A stretch of DNA of 31,269 nucleotides from a virus (Duplodnaviria; Heunggongvirae; Uroviricota; Caudoviricetes): the IMG/VR virus record IMGVR_UViG_2651869696_000013. One strand, 5' to 3'. The notes beneath the pieces are model-generated. The model saw nothing but the letters and a program-made list of their open reading frames with translations. It had not been told where the DNA came from and searched no databases. The position numbers were made by a program, and so were the translations under genes. Positions 7,896 to 17,228 of the stretch are shown here, one piece after another; position 1 is the first letter of the stretch; every line of letters starts with the position of its first letter.

Positions 7896-9155
7896 TTGCA
7901 TGACTCGGTAGTGTTTGATTTGAAAAAAGACCTGGTAAAATTAGAGGGAAACCTAAAAAATACAGATTTGTTGTTGTCGTTTCAGTTCAAAATAATAAGG
8001 AATATAATTAGAAGTGAAAGGATGATCAAAGGATTAAAGTCTTTCTTAGGGGAACTAAAGGCAACAAAAAGAAAAGGTGGTTTAAAAAAAGAACAATCTA
8101 AACTTATTAAGGAAAATATTAAGAGTGTTGAGCAGGCTATTGATGATGTGAAATTTAAAATATATATCTTCAAAATGTTTGGTGATAGTGTTGCTTTTTT
8201 GTATTTGGATAAGTTTGATATTAAGCATTTTTTCTATAATGTTGTGGATTACAGTCCCAAGGAGTCAGCGGGCTATATGGGAGGGAAGGATGGCTTAAAA
8301 GAAGAATGGGAATTGGTGAAGAAGGCCTGCAAGGCTGGTGTTCCTACGTTACTCAATGATATTACAATGAGTATGAGGCATGGTGATGTTTGTTTACTTG
8401 GTGAAGGTGCACCAGTACTGGTGGAGGTGAAATCAAGTCAAAATAAAAATGATCGTGTTGAACGTCAAAAAAATAACCTTAATAGACTGGCTGGATTTTT
8501 AGCAGAAGATAAAGCTGAAGATTTTAGAGGGATGCCATTAGTGTTAAGGAAAGAACTGTGTTTTTCAGAAGTTACATATAAAAAAGAATTTAATGAGCAT
8601 CTGAATGTATGCAGGAAAAAAGGAATTTCATGGGTAAGGCTAGAAGATGGATTTTATGTGGTATCTAATCGTGGCTGTGATCTGGATATAGCATTATCAC
8701 AGTTGGATCTTAGAGGGAGGGAAATTGCACCTATATTTTTGAATGAATATAAAAATAATCAGTTGTGGGTTCCTTTAACTCCATTTGTTAATCTTATAAA
8801 TGATGCGCGTGATTTGTGTGACTTTATAAATGGGGAGTTAACTATTCTCTGTGTTCTTGATTTGGATTGTTTTAAACAAATAGCTTTGAATGAAGGGTTT
8901 GAGCTTGTTTTTGTCGATGGTGAAGACTATTCGATGATATTTAAAGAATTAGGTAGCTCATTGATTTGGGGTGTGTCATGGCAAATGATGCTTCGCACTC
9001 CTTTAGAAATGGTGTCAATGTCTTGGTTAATTAAAGATTCAATTGATAGATTTAAACGTTTACAAAAGCAACATGCTGAGATGCAGCCTGCCACTGATGT
9101 TAATACATCCGAAACCTCCTTGTTTGAAAAATATAGGCCTCTTTTTACAAAGTAG
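7896..9155 (+). CDS. cargo protein with PD-(D/E)xK-like nuclease signature; function unknown
   Basis: Long ORF in AT-rich DNA; track start is TTG 7896, first ATG is 8022, so start is uncertain; motif GDVCLLGEGAPVLVEVK (D164 ... E177-V-K179, nt 8385-8432); no Walker A motif seen. Confidence 0.7.
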   Translation: MHDSVVFDLKKDLVKLEGNLKNTDLLLSFQFKIIRNIIRSERMIKGLKSFLGELKATKRKGGLKKEQSKLIKENIKSVEQAIDDVKFKIYIFKMFGDSVAFLYLDKFDIKHFFYNVVDYSPKESAGYMGGKDGLKEEWELVKKACKAGVPTLLNDITMSMRHGDVCLLGEGAPVLVEVKSSQNKNDRVERQKNNLNRLAGFLAEDKAEDFRGMPLVLRKELCFSEVTYKKEFNEHLNVCRKKGISWVRLEDGFYVVSNRGCDLDIALSQLDLRGREIAPIFLNEYKNNQLWVPLTPFVNLINDARDLCDFINGELTILCVLDLDCFKQIALNEGFELVFVDGEDYSMIFKELGSSLIWGVSWQMMLRTPLEMVSMSWLIKDSIDRFKRLQKQHAEMQPATDVNTSETSLFEKYRPLFTK

Positions 9156-9292
9156 TCAGATGCTGTAGGTGTATATGCTATTGCATTAATTTGCATGCAA
9201 AACAAGTAGAGGTAAAAACTCTTACAGGCTGCTTGGGGGATAGCTTTTGAATGCTAATGCATTTGCATTCAAATTGCCCCATGAAGCGGGCG

Positions 9293-9311
9293 GGCGAGGC
9301 GGGGAAAGCAC
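9293..9311. other. cos site (P2-type 19-nt cohesive end GGCGAGGCGGGGAAAGCAC)
   Basis: Exact match to the P2 cohesive-end sequence as recalled; located between the cargo region and the Q 3' end, as in P2. Confidence 0.7.
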
Positions 9312-9453
9312 TGCGCGCTGGCGGTGGTGCTGATTTTATTTTTTCAGCGTCTGAGCGCGTCGTGAAGGCGCTTAGTCTGCCCGTTGAGGCGTTGGTGTGT
9401 CTGCGGGGTGTTTTGTGCGGTGGTGAGCGTGTGAGGGCGTGATGGCGGGTTGT

Positions 9454-9475
9454 AAAAAAGCCGCCCGCAGGCGGC
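9454..9475 (-). terminator. rho-independent terminator downstream of Q
   Basis: On the minus strand: GCCGCC-UGCG-GGCGGC hairpin followed by UUUUUU, starting about 5 nt after the Q stop. Confidence 0.55.
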
Positions 9476-9480
9476 GATGT

Positions 9481-10515
9481 TCAGCCGTTGTCAGTGTCCA
9501 GTGAGTAGTTTTTAAAGCGGATGACCTCCTGACCGAGCCAGCCGTTCATCTCGCGGATCCTGTCCTGTAACGGGATAAGCTCATTGCGGACAAAGACCTT
9601 TGCCACTTTCTCAATATCTCCCAGTGACCCGACGTTCTCCGGCTTGCCGCCCATCAACTGAAAGGGGATGCGGTGTGCGTCCAGCAGGTCAGCGGCGCTG
9701 GCTTTTTTGATATTAAAAAAATCGTCCTTCGTCGCCACTTCACTGAGCGGGATAATTTTAATGCCGTCGGCTTTCCCTTGCGGGGCATAGAGAAACAGAT
9801 TTTTAAAGTTGTTGCGGCCTTTCGACTTCACCATGTTTTCGCGGAGCATTTCGATATCGTTGCGATCCTGCACGGCATCGGTGACGTACATGATGTATCC
9901 GGCATGTGCGCCGTTTTCGTAATACTTGCGGCGGAACAGCGTGGCCGACTCATTCAGCCAGGCAGAGTTAAGGGCGCTGAGATATTCCGGCAGGCCGTAC
10001 AGCTCCTGATTAATATCCGGCTCCAGCAGGTGAAACACGGAGCCGGGCGCGAAAGGTGTCGGCTCATGGAAGGACGGCACCCACCAGTAAACATCCTCTT
10101 CCACGCCACGGCGGGTATATTTTGCCGGTGAGGTTTCCAGTCTGATGACCTTACCGGTGGTGCTGTAACGCTTTTCCAGAAACGCATTACCGAACACCAG
10201 AAAATCCAGCACAAAGCGGCTGAAATCCTGCTGGGAAAGCCACGGATGCGGGATAAATGTCGAGGCCAGAATATTACGTTTGACGTAAATCGGTGAGCTG
10301 TGATGCACGGCAGCACGCAGGCTTTTTGCCAGACCGGTAAAGCTGACCGGTGGCTCATACCATCTGCCGTTACTGATGCACTCGACGTAATCCAGAATGT
10401 CACGGCGGTCGAGTACCGGCACCGGCTCACCAAAGGTGAATGCCTCCATTTTCGGGGCGCTGGCGGTCATTTTTTTTGCCGCAGGTTGCGGTGTTTTCCC
10501 TTTTTTCTTGCTCAT
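9481..10515 (-). CDS. Q: portal protein gpQ
   Basis: 344-aa ORF, P2 Q-like sequence and length; start overlaps the P stop (ATGA). Confidence 0.93.
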   Translation of the reverse strand: MSKKKGKTPQPAAKKMTASAPKMEAFTFGEPVPVLDRRDILDYVECISNGRWYEPPVSFTGLAKSLRAAVHHSSPIYVKRNILASTFIPHPWLSQQDFSRFVLDFLVFGNAFLEKRYSTTGKVIRLETSPAKYTRRGVEEDVYWWVPSFHEPTPFAPGSVFHLLEPDINQELYGLPEYLSALNSAWLNESATLFRRKYYENGAHAGYIMYVTDAVQDRNDIEMLRENMVKSKGRNNFKNLFLYAPQGKADGIKIIPLSEVATKDDFFNIKKASAADLLDAHRIPFQLMGGKPENVGSLGDIEKVAKVFVRNELIPLQDRIREMNGWLGQEVIRFKNYSLDTDNG

Positions 10516-12287
10516 CAGTAAAACTCCAGAATGGTGGATGTCAGCGGAGTGCTGATACCGGCGGTGAGTGGCTCATTTAACAGGGCGTGCATGGTCGCCC
10601 AGGCGAGGTCGGCGTGGCTGGCTTCCTCGCTGCGGCTGGCCTCATAGGTGGCGCTGCGTCCGCTGCTGGTCATGGTCTTGCGGATAGCCATAAACGAGCT
10701 GGTGATGTCGGTGGCGCTGACGTCATATTCCAGACAGCCACGGCGGATAACGTCTTTTGCCTTGAGCACCATTGCGGTTTTCATTTCCGGCGTGTAGCGG
10801 ATATCGCGCGCGGCGGGATAGAACGAGCGCACGAGCTGGAACACACCGACACCGAGGCCGGTGGCATCAATCCCGATGTATTCGACGTTGTATTTTTCGG
10901 TGAGTTTGCGGATGGATTCTGCCTGGGTGGCAAAGTCCATGCCTTTCCACTGGTGACGCTCAAGGATCCTGAATTTGCCACCGGCCACCACCGGCGGTGC
11001 CAGCACCACGCATCCGGCGCTGTCGCCACGGTGTGACGGGTCGTAACCAATCCATACCGGGCGGGAGCCGAACGGATTTGCGGCAAACGGCGCATAGTCT
11101 TCCCATTCTTCCAGCGTGTCGACCATACAGCGTTGCAGCTCCTCGAACGGGAACACCGACGCCTTGTCGTCAACAAATTCACACATGAACAGGTTTTTAA
11201 AATCGTCGGCGCTGTTTTCGCGTTTGAGCTGCTCAATGTCGAACAGCGTGCAGCCGCCTTTCAGGGCGTCCTCAATGGTGACAATCTGCCGCCACTGGCC
11301 GTCCGCACAGAGAAGCCCACCGGCAAGGGCGTTATGACTGACGTCGATTTCCACGCGTTCGGCGGCGCTGGCGCGTCCCCGGTTGAACAGTTCACCCGAC
11401 CAGAACGGGTAGGCGTCGTGCGCCAGCGTGGACGGGGTGGAGAAATAGGTCGATCGCAGGTGACTCTGTGAGGCCATACCTGATGCCACCTTACGCAGCA
11501 CCTGAAAATTCGGGATCCAGAAAATCTCGTCGACGTACAGGTCGCCGTTATGGCTCTGCGCGGTGTTGGAGTTGGTGCCGAGAAAAATCAGTTTTGCGCC
11601 GTTATTGCCCAGGACAATCGGGTCACCGGTCAGGTCAACGTCAACCAGACGGGCAAAGGCGATGATGTATTCACGGAACACATACGCCTGCGTTTTACTG
11701 GCCGACAGAAAAATCTGGTTATGACCGGTTTTCAGGGCGCGCAGCAGCGCCTCGCGGGAAAAATAAAACGTCGCGCCAATCTGGCGGGATTTCAGGATAT
11801 CGCGGATGCGGTGCTCAAGCCCGGCGCGATACCAGTGCAACTGATAATCGAAAGACTGCTCAAAGAAAATCTGCTCCAGCTTTTCGATGGCCTCGTCACT
11901 GAAAAAATTCTTTTTCGGTTTGCGCCGCCCGCCTTTGTTGCGGTTAGCGACGTTCGGATTAAGGTCTGCCTCGTTGCCGGTCTGGCTGTAGCGGTTTACC
12001 CGTGCCAGTCGTTCAATCTGGCGTCCCAGCAGGTCAATTTCCTTGAAATCACCGCCGGTTTTCTGCGGTTTGATGATGAGCTGGGTCAGCCGCGCTTCCA
12101 GACTCATTTCGACACGGCTGATGGGGGCAACGCTGTCCCAGCTGTCGCGCTGTTTCCAGCTCTGCACCGTCGGGCGTTTCATCTGCAACATGGCGGCAAT
12201 CTGCGGCACGGAAAATCCCTGCCAGTACAGCAGCGCCGCCTGACGACGCGGGTCGTGTAAAAGAGTGGTGTCTGTGGTGATGGTCAT
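10515..12287 (-). CDS. P: terminase large (ATPase) subunit gpP
   Basis: Start trimmed to ATG at 12287 (MTITTDTTLLHDPRRQ...), giving 590 aa as in P2 P. Confidence 0.93.
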   Translation of the reverse strand: MTITTDTTLLHDPRRQAALLYWQGFSVPQIAAMLQMKRPTVQSWKQRDSWDSVAPISRVEMSLEARLTQLIIKPQKTGGDFKEIDLLGRQIERLARVNRYSQTGNEADLNPNVANRNKGGRRKPKKNFFSDEAIEKLEQIFFEQSFDYQLHWYRAGLEHRIRDILKSRQIGATFYFSREALLRALKTGHNQIFLSASKTQAYVFREYIIAFARLVDVDLTGDPIVLGNNGAKLIFLGTNSNTAQSHNGDLYVDEIFWIPNFQVLRKVASGMASQSHLRSTYFSTPSTLAHDAYPFWSGELFNRGRASAAERVEIDVSHNALAGGLLCADGQWRQIVTIEDALKGGCTLFDIEQLKRENSADDFKNLFMCEFVDDKASVFPFEELQRCMVDTLEEWEDYAPFAANPFGSRPVWIGYDPSHRGDSAGCVVLAPPVVAGGKFRILERHQWKGMDFATQAESIRKLTEKYNVEYIGIDATGLGVGVFQLVRSFYPAARDIRYTPEMKTAMVLKAKDVIRRGCLEYDVSATDITSSFMAIRKTMTSSGRSATYEASRSEEASHADLAWATMHALLNEPLTAGISTPLTSTILEFY

Positions 12288-12460
12288 GAATACCTCGCCG
12301 TGATGAATACACGGCAAGGCTACTGAGTCGCGCCCCGCGATTCGCTAAGGTGCTGTTGTGTCAGTGATAAGCCATCCGGGACTGATGGCGGAGGATGCGC
12401 ATCGTCGGGAAACTGATGCCGACATGTGACTCCTCTAATCACTATTCAGGACTCCTGACA

Positions 12461-13315
12461 ATGGCAAAAAAAGTCTCAAAATTCTTTCGTATCGGCGTTG
12501 AGGGTGACACCTGTGACGGGCGTGTCATCAGTGCGCAGGATATTCAGGAAATGGCCGAAACCTTTGACCCGCGTGTCTATGGTTGCCGCATTAACCTGGA
12601 ACATCTGCGCGGCATCCTGCCTGACGGTATTTTTAAGCGTTATGGCGATGTGGCTGAACTGAAGGCCGAAAAGATTGACGATGATTCAGCGCTGAAAGGC
12701 AAATGGGCGCTGTTTGCGAAAATCACCCCGACCGATGACCTTATCGCGATGAACAAGGCCGCGCAGAAGGTCTATACCTCAATGGAAATTCAGCCGAACT
12801 TTGCCAATACCGGCAAATGTTATCTGGTGGGGCTGGCCGTCACCGATGACCCGGCAAGCCTCGGCACGGAATACCTGGAATTCTGCCGCACGGCAAAACA
12901 CAACCCCCTGAACCGCTTCAAATTAAGCCCTGAAAACCTGATTTCAGTGGCAACGCCTGTTGAGCTGGAATTTGAAGACCTGCCTGAAACCGTGTTCACC
13001 GCCCTGACCGAAAAGGTGAAATCCATTTTTGGCCGCAAACAGGCCAGCGATGACGCCCGTCTGAATGACGTGCATGAAGCGGTGACCGCTGTTGCTGAAC
13101 ATGTGCAGGAAAAACTGAGCGCCACTGAGCAGCGCCTCGCAGAGATGGAAACCGCCTTTTCTGCACTTAAGCAGGATGTGACTGACAGGGCTGATGAAAC
13201 CAGCCAGGCATTCACCCGCCTGAAAAACAGTCTCGACCACACCGAAAGTCTGACCCAGCAGCGCCGCAGCAAGGCCACCGGCGGTGGCGGTGACGCCCTG
13301 ATGACGAACTGCTGA
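12461..13315 (+). CDS. O: capsid scaffolding protein gpO
   Basis: Start at ATG 12461 (MAKKVSKFFRIGVEG...), 284 aa as in P2 O; divergent from P. Confidence 0.9.
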   Translation: MAKKVSKFFRIGVEGDTCDGRVISAQDIQEMAETFDPRVYGCRINLEHLRGILPDGIFKRYGDVAELKAEKIDDDSALKGKWALFAKITPTDDLIAMNKAAQKVYTSMEIQPNFANTGKCYLVGLAVTDDPASLGTEYLEFCRTAKHNPLNRFKLSPENLISVATPVELEFEDLPETVFTALTEKVKSIFGRKQASDDARLNDVHEAVTAVAEHVQEKLSATEQRLAEMETAFSALKQDVTDRADETSQAFTRLKNSLDHTESLTQQRRSKATGGGGDALMTNC

Positions 13316-13373
13316 CCGGCGTCAGTCAGTCCGGGAAAACCTTCACGATTAACCCTTAATTTCAGGAAAAACT

Positions 13374-14447
13374 ATGCGCCAGGAAACCCGCTTTAAATTT
13401 AATGCCTACCTGTCCCGTGTTGCCGAACTGAACGGCATCGACGCCGGTGATGTGTCGAAAAAATTCACCGTTGAACCGTCGGTCACCCAGACCCTGATGA
13501 ACACCATGCAGGAGTCCTCTGATTTTCTGACCCGCATCAACATTGTGCCGGTCAGCGAAATGAAAGGGGAAAAAATTGGTATCGGTGTCACCGGCTCCAT
13601 CGCCAGCACCACCGACACCGCCGGTGGCACCGAGCGTCAGCCGAAGGACTTCTCGAAGCTGGCGTCTAACAAGTACGAATGCGACCAGATTAACTTCGAT
13701 TTTTATATCCGCTACAAAACGCTGGACCTGTGGGCGCGTTATCAGGATTTCCAGCTCCGTATCCGTAACGCCATTATCAAACGCCAGTCCCTTGATTTCA
13801 TCATGGCCGGTTTTAACGGCGTGAGGCGTGCCGAAACCTCTGACCGCAGCAGCAATCCGATGCTGCAGGATGTGGCGGTCGGCTGGCTGCAGAAATACCG
13901 CAATGAAGCCCCGGCGCGCGTGATGAGCAAGGTCACTGACGAGGAAGGTCACACCACCTCTGAGGTTATCCGCGTGGGCAAGGGCGGTGATTATGCCAGC
14001 CTTGATGCACTGGTGATGGATGCGACCAACAACCTGATTGAACCGTGGTATCAGGAAGACCCTGACCTTGTGGTGATTGTGGGGCGTCAGCTACTGGCGG
14101 ACAAGTATTTCCCCATCGTCAACAAGGAGCAGGACAACAGCGAAATGCTGGCCGCTGACGTCATCATCAGCCAGAAACGCATCGGTAACCTGCCGGCGGT
14201 ACGCGTCCCGTACTTTCCGGCGGATGCGATGCTCATCACGAAGCTGGAAAACCTGTCCATCTACTACATGGATGACAGCCATCGCCGCGTGATTGAGGAA
14301 AACCCGAAACTCGACCGCGTGGAGAACTACGAGTCAATGAACATTGATTACGTGGTGGAAGACTATGCCGCCGGTTGTCTGGTGGAAAAAATTAAGGTCG
14401 GTGACTTCTCCACACCGGCTAAAGCGACCGCAGAGCCGGGAGCGTAA
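13374..14447 (+). CDS. N: major capsid protein gpN
   Basis: 357 aa, P2 N-like; RBS CAGGAAA before ATG. Confidence 0.93.
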   Translation: MRQETRFKFNAYLSRVAELNGIDAGDVSKKFTVEPSVTQTLMNTMQESSDFLTRINIVPVSEMKGEKIGIGVTGSIASTTDTAGGTERQPKDFSKLASNKYECDQINFDFYIRYKTLDLWARYQDFQLRIRNAIIKRQSLDFIMAGFNGVRRAETSDRSSNPMLQDVAVGWLQKYRNEAPARVMSKVTDEEGHTTSEVIRVGKGGDYASLDALVMDATNNLIEPWYQEDPDLVVIVGRQLLADKYFPIVNKEQDNSEMLAADVIISQKRIGNLPAVRVPYFPADAMLITKLENLSIYYMDDSHRRVIEENPKLDRVENYESMNIDYVVEDYAAGCLVEKIKVGDFSTPAKATAEPGA

Positions 14448-14450
14448 CCG

Positions 14451-15194
14451 ATGACGAGTCCCGCACAGCGCCACATGATGCGGGTCTCGGCAGCGATGAC
14501 CGCGCAGCGGGAAGCCGCCCCGCTGCGACATGCAACTGTCTATGAGCAGATGCTGGTTAAGCTCGCCGCAGACCAGCGCACACTGAAAGCGATTTATTCA
14601 AAAGAGCTGAAGGCCGCGAAAAAACGCGAACTGCTGCCGTTCTGGTTGCCGTGGGTGAACGGCGTGCTGGAGCAGGGCAAAGGCGCACAGGATGACATTC
14701 TGATGACGGTCATGCTGTGGCGTCTGGATACCGGCGATATTGCCGGTGCGCTGGAGATTGCCCGTTATGCCCTGAAGTACGGTCTGACCATGCCGGGTAA
14801 ACACCGCCGCACCCCGCCGTACATGTTCACCGAGGAGGTGGCGCTCGCGGCCATGCGCGCCCACTCTGCCGGTGAGTCTGTGGATACCCGCCTGCTGACG
14901 GAGACCCTTGAACTGACCGCCACGGCTGACATGCCTGATGAAGTGCGCGCAAAGCTGCACAAAATCACCGGTCTGTTTCTGCGTGACGCTGGTGATGCCG
15001 CCGGTGCGCTGGCGCACCTGCAACGTGCGACACAGCTCGACTGTCAGGCAGGCGTCAAAAAAGAGATTGAACGACTGGAGCGGGAGCTGAAACCGAAGCC
15101 GGAGCCGCAGCCCAAAGCGGCCACCCGCACTCCGCGTAAGACCCGGAGCGTGACACCGGCAAAACGTGGACGCCCGAAAAAGAAAGCCAGTTAA
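14451..15194 (+). CDS. M: terminase small/endonuclease subunit gpM
   Basis: 247 aa, P2 M-like; basic C-terminal tail. Confidence 0.9.
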   Translation: MTSPAQRHMMRVSAAMTAQREAAPLRHATVYEQMLVKLAADQRTLKAIYSKELKAAKKRELLPFWLPWVNGVLEQGKGAQDDILMTVMLWRLDTGDIAGALEIARYALKYGLTMPGKHRRTPPYMFTEEVALAAMRAHSAGESVDTRLLTETLELTATADMPDEVRAKLHKITGLFLRDAGDAAGALAHLQRATQLDCQAGVKKEIERLERELKPKPEPQPKAATRTPRKTRSVTPAKRGRPKKKAS

Positions 15195-15293
15195 CAACCG
15201 AATGCGCCCCGCGCCAGGGCGGCACGCCGGTCAGTGAGGGTGAATCACCTGACACTGCACCGGCGTCCACCGCCCGACTTTTCAGAGGTAGTC

Positions 15294-15803
15294 ATGATGA
15301 CGCTGATTATTCCGCGAAAGGAGGCTCCCGTGTCCGGTGAGGGTACGGTGGTCATCCCGCAACCGGCAGGCGACGAGCCGGTGATTAAAAACACGTTCTT
15401 TTTTCCCGATATCGACCCGAAGCGCGTCCGGGAACGTATGCGCCTTGAGCAGACCGTCGCCCCCGCCCGTCTGCGTGAGGCTATCAAGTCAGGCATGGCG
15501 GAGACGAATGCGGAGCTGTACGAGTACCGCGAACAGAAAATTGCCGCCGGTTTTACGCGTCTGGCGGACGTTCCGGCGGACGACATCGACGGTGAAAGCA
15601 TCAAAGTTTTTTACTACGAGCGCGCCGTGTGTGCGATGGCGACCGCGTCGCTTTATGAGCGTTATCGCGGCGTGGATGCCAGTGCGAAAGGCGACAAGAA
15701 GGCCGACAGCATTGACAGCACCATTGATGAACTGTGGCGGGATATGCGCTGGGCGGTGGCGCGTATCCAGGACAAGCCGCGCTGCATCGTGAGTCAAATC
15801 TGA
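15294..15803 (+). CDS. L: head completion/stabilisation protein gpL
   Basis: Start trimmed to ATG 15294 (MMTLIIPRKEAP...), 169 aa as in P2 L. Confidence 0.88.
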   Translation: MMTLIIPRKEAPVSGEGTVVIPQPAGDEPVIKNTFFFPDIDPKRVRERMRLEQTVAPARLREAIKSGMAETNAELYEYREQKIAAGFTRLADVPADDIDGESIKVFYYERAVCAMATASLYERYRGVDASAKGDKKADSIDSTIDELWRDMRWAVARIQDKPRCIVSQI

Positions 15804-16006
15804 TGAAGACCTTTGCGCTACAGGGCGAAACGCTCGACGCCATCTGTGTCCGGTATTACGGGCGCACTGAGGGCGTGGTCGAGGCCGTGCTCGCCGCAAA
15901 TCCGGGACTGGCTGAACTGGGTGCGGTGCTGCCGCACGGCACCGCCGTCGAACTGCCCGACGTTCAGACCGCGCCCGTGGCTGAAACTGTCAATCTGTGG
16001 GAGTAA
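15803..16006 (+). CDS. X: tail protein gpX
   Basis: 67 aa (MKTFALQGETLDAICVRYYGRTEG...), matches P2 X; ATG overlaps the L stop. Confidence 0.85.
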   Translation: MKTFALQGETLDAICVRYYGRTEGVVEAVLAANPGLAELGAVLPHGTAVELPDVQTAPVAETVNLWE

Positions 16007-16009
16007 CGC

Positions 16010-16291
16010 ATGACAGCAGAAGAAAAAAGCGTCCTGTCGCTTTTCATGATTGGGGTGCTGATTGTTGTCGGCAAGGTGCTTGCCGGTGGTGAACCCATCA
16101 CCCCGCGTCTGTTTATCGGGCGCATGTTGCTCGGTGGTTTTGTCTCGATGGTTGCCGGTGTTGTTCTGGTGCAGTTTCCTGACCTGTCACTGCCTGCGGT
16201 GTGCGGTATCGGCTCCATGCTGGGTATCGCCGGTTATCAGGTGATTGAGATTGCCATTCAGCGCCGTTTTAAGGGCAGGGGGAAACCGTAA
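16010..16291 (+). CDS. Y: holin gpY
   Basis: 93 aa with hydrophobic helices; first gene of the lysis cassette. Confidence 0.85.
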   Translation: MTAEEKSVLSLFMIGVLIVVGKVLAGGEPITPRLFIGRMLLGGFVSMVAGVVLVQFPDLSLPAVCGIGSMLGIAGYQVIEIAIQRRFKGRGKP

Positions 16292-16788
16292 TGCCGGTAA
16301 TTAACACGCATCAGAATATCGCGGCCTTTCTCGACATGCTGGCCGTGTCCGAAGGGACGGCGAATCATCCGCTGACGAAAAACCGGGGCTATGACGTGAT
16401 AGTCACCGGACTGGACGGGAAGCCGGAAATTTTCACTGACTACAGTGACCACCCGTTCGCGCATGGCCGACCGGCGAAGGTGTTTAACCGTCGCGGTGAA
16501 AAATCCACGGCCTCCGGTCGCTATCAGCAGCTTTACCTGTTCTGGCCGCACTACCGCAAACAGCTTGCCCTGCCGGATTTCAGTCCGTTGTCACAGGACA
16601 GGCTCGCCATTCAGTTGATCCGCGAACGCGGTGCACTGGATGACATCCGGGCGGGACGCATTGAGCGCGCCATTTCACGCTGTCGCAATATCTGGGCGTC
16701 CCTGCCGGGTGCCGGTTACGGTCAGCGTGAGCATTCACTGGAAAAACTGGTCACCGTCTGGCGTACCGCTGGCGGCGTACCGGCTTAA
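16291..16788 (+). CDS. K: endolysin gpK
   Basis: 165 aa, P2 K-like; follows the holin. Confidence 0.88.
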   Translation: MPVINTHQNIAAFLDMLAVSEGTANHPLTKNRGYDVIVTGLDGKPEIFTDYSDHPFAHGRPAKVFNRRGEKSTASGRYQQLYLFWPHYRKQLALPDFSPLSQDRLAIQLIRERGALDDIRAGRIERAISRCRNIWASLPGAGYGQREHSLEKLVTVWRTAGGVPA

Positions 16789-16802
16789 ACGGAGTAAACA
16801 CC

Positions 16803-17228
16803 ATGAAGAAATTATCCCTTTCACTGATGCTGAACGTGTCGCTGGCGCTGATGCCGGCACTGTCCCTAATTTACCCGCAGAGCGTGGCCGTCAATTTTGT
16901 CGCTGCCTGGGCGATTCTGGCGACGGTTATCTGTGTGGTTGCCGGTGGTGTCGGCGTGTATGCCACTGAGTATGTGCTGGAACGCTACGGGCGGGAGCTG
17001 CCGCCGGAATCGCTGGCCGTGAAGATTGTCACGTCGCTGTTTTTGCAGCCGGTGCCGTGGCGCAGACGGGCAGTAGCTCTGGTGGTGATGGTGGCGACGT
17101 TTATCTCGCTGGTCGCTGCCGGGTGGATTTTTACCGCACTGATTTATCTCGTGGCGTCGCTGTTTTTCCGGCTGATACGTACGGCCTGTCGTCAGCGTCT
17201 TGAGGGGCGGGAACCATGTCAAAGCTGA
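16803..17228 (+). CDS. lysA: lysis regulator LysA (membrane protein)
   Basis: 141 aa, multiple hydrophobic segments; position as P2 lysA. Confidence 0.8.
   Translation: MKKLSLSLMLNVSLALMPALSLIYPQSVAVNFVAAWAILATVICVVAGGVGVYATEYVLERYGRELPPESLAVKIVTSLFLQPVPWRRRAVALVVMVATFISLVAAGWIFTALIYLVASLFFRLIRTACRQRLEGREPCQS

Noticed and set aside
7982-8173. Minus-strand 63-aa ORF, and minus-strand 92-aa ORF at 8927-9205
   Set aside because: Antisense to the long cargo ORF; AT-rich low-complexity translation (Ile/Leu/Phe/Ser runs) typical of non-coding frames.
7896-9155. Possibility that cargo protein B is a P2 Old homologue
   Set aside because: Old is an ATPase-TOPRIM nuclease of ~590 aa; this protein is ~420 aa and no Walker A (GxxxxGK[ST]) motif was found.
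9673-10131. Plus-strand 152-aa ORF inside Q, and similar antisense ORFs inside core genes (9954-10433, 10587-11036, 11133-11471, 11550-12260, 12820-13278, 13362-13952, 14598-15197, 15489-15899, 18482-19030, 18982-19422, 20231-20842, 24895-25341, 27878-28312, 28346-29035, 29853-30422)
   Set aside because: They lie antisense or out of frame within well-supported P2 structural genes in GC-rich DNA, where long spurious open frames are expected; no RBS or motif support.
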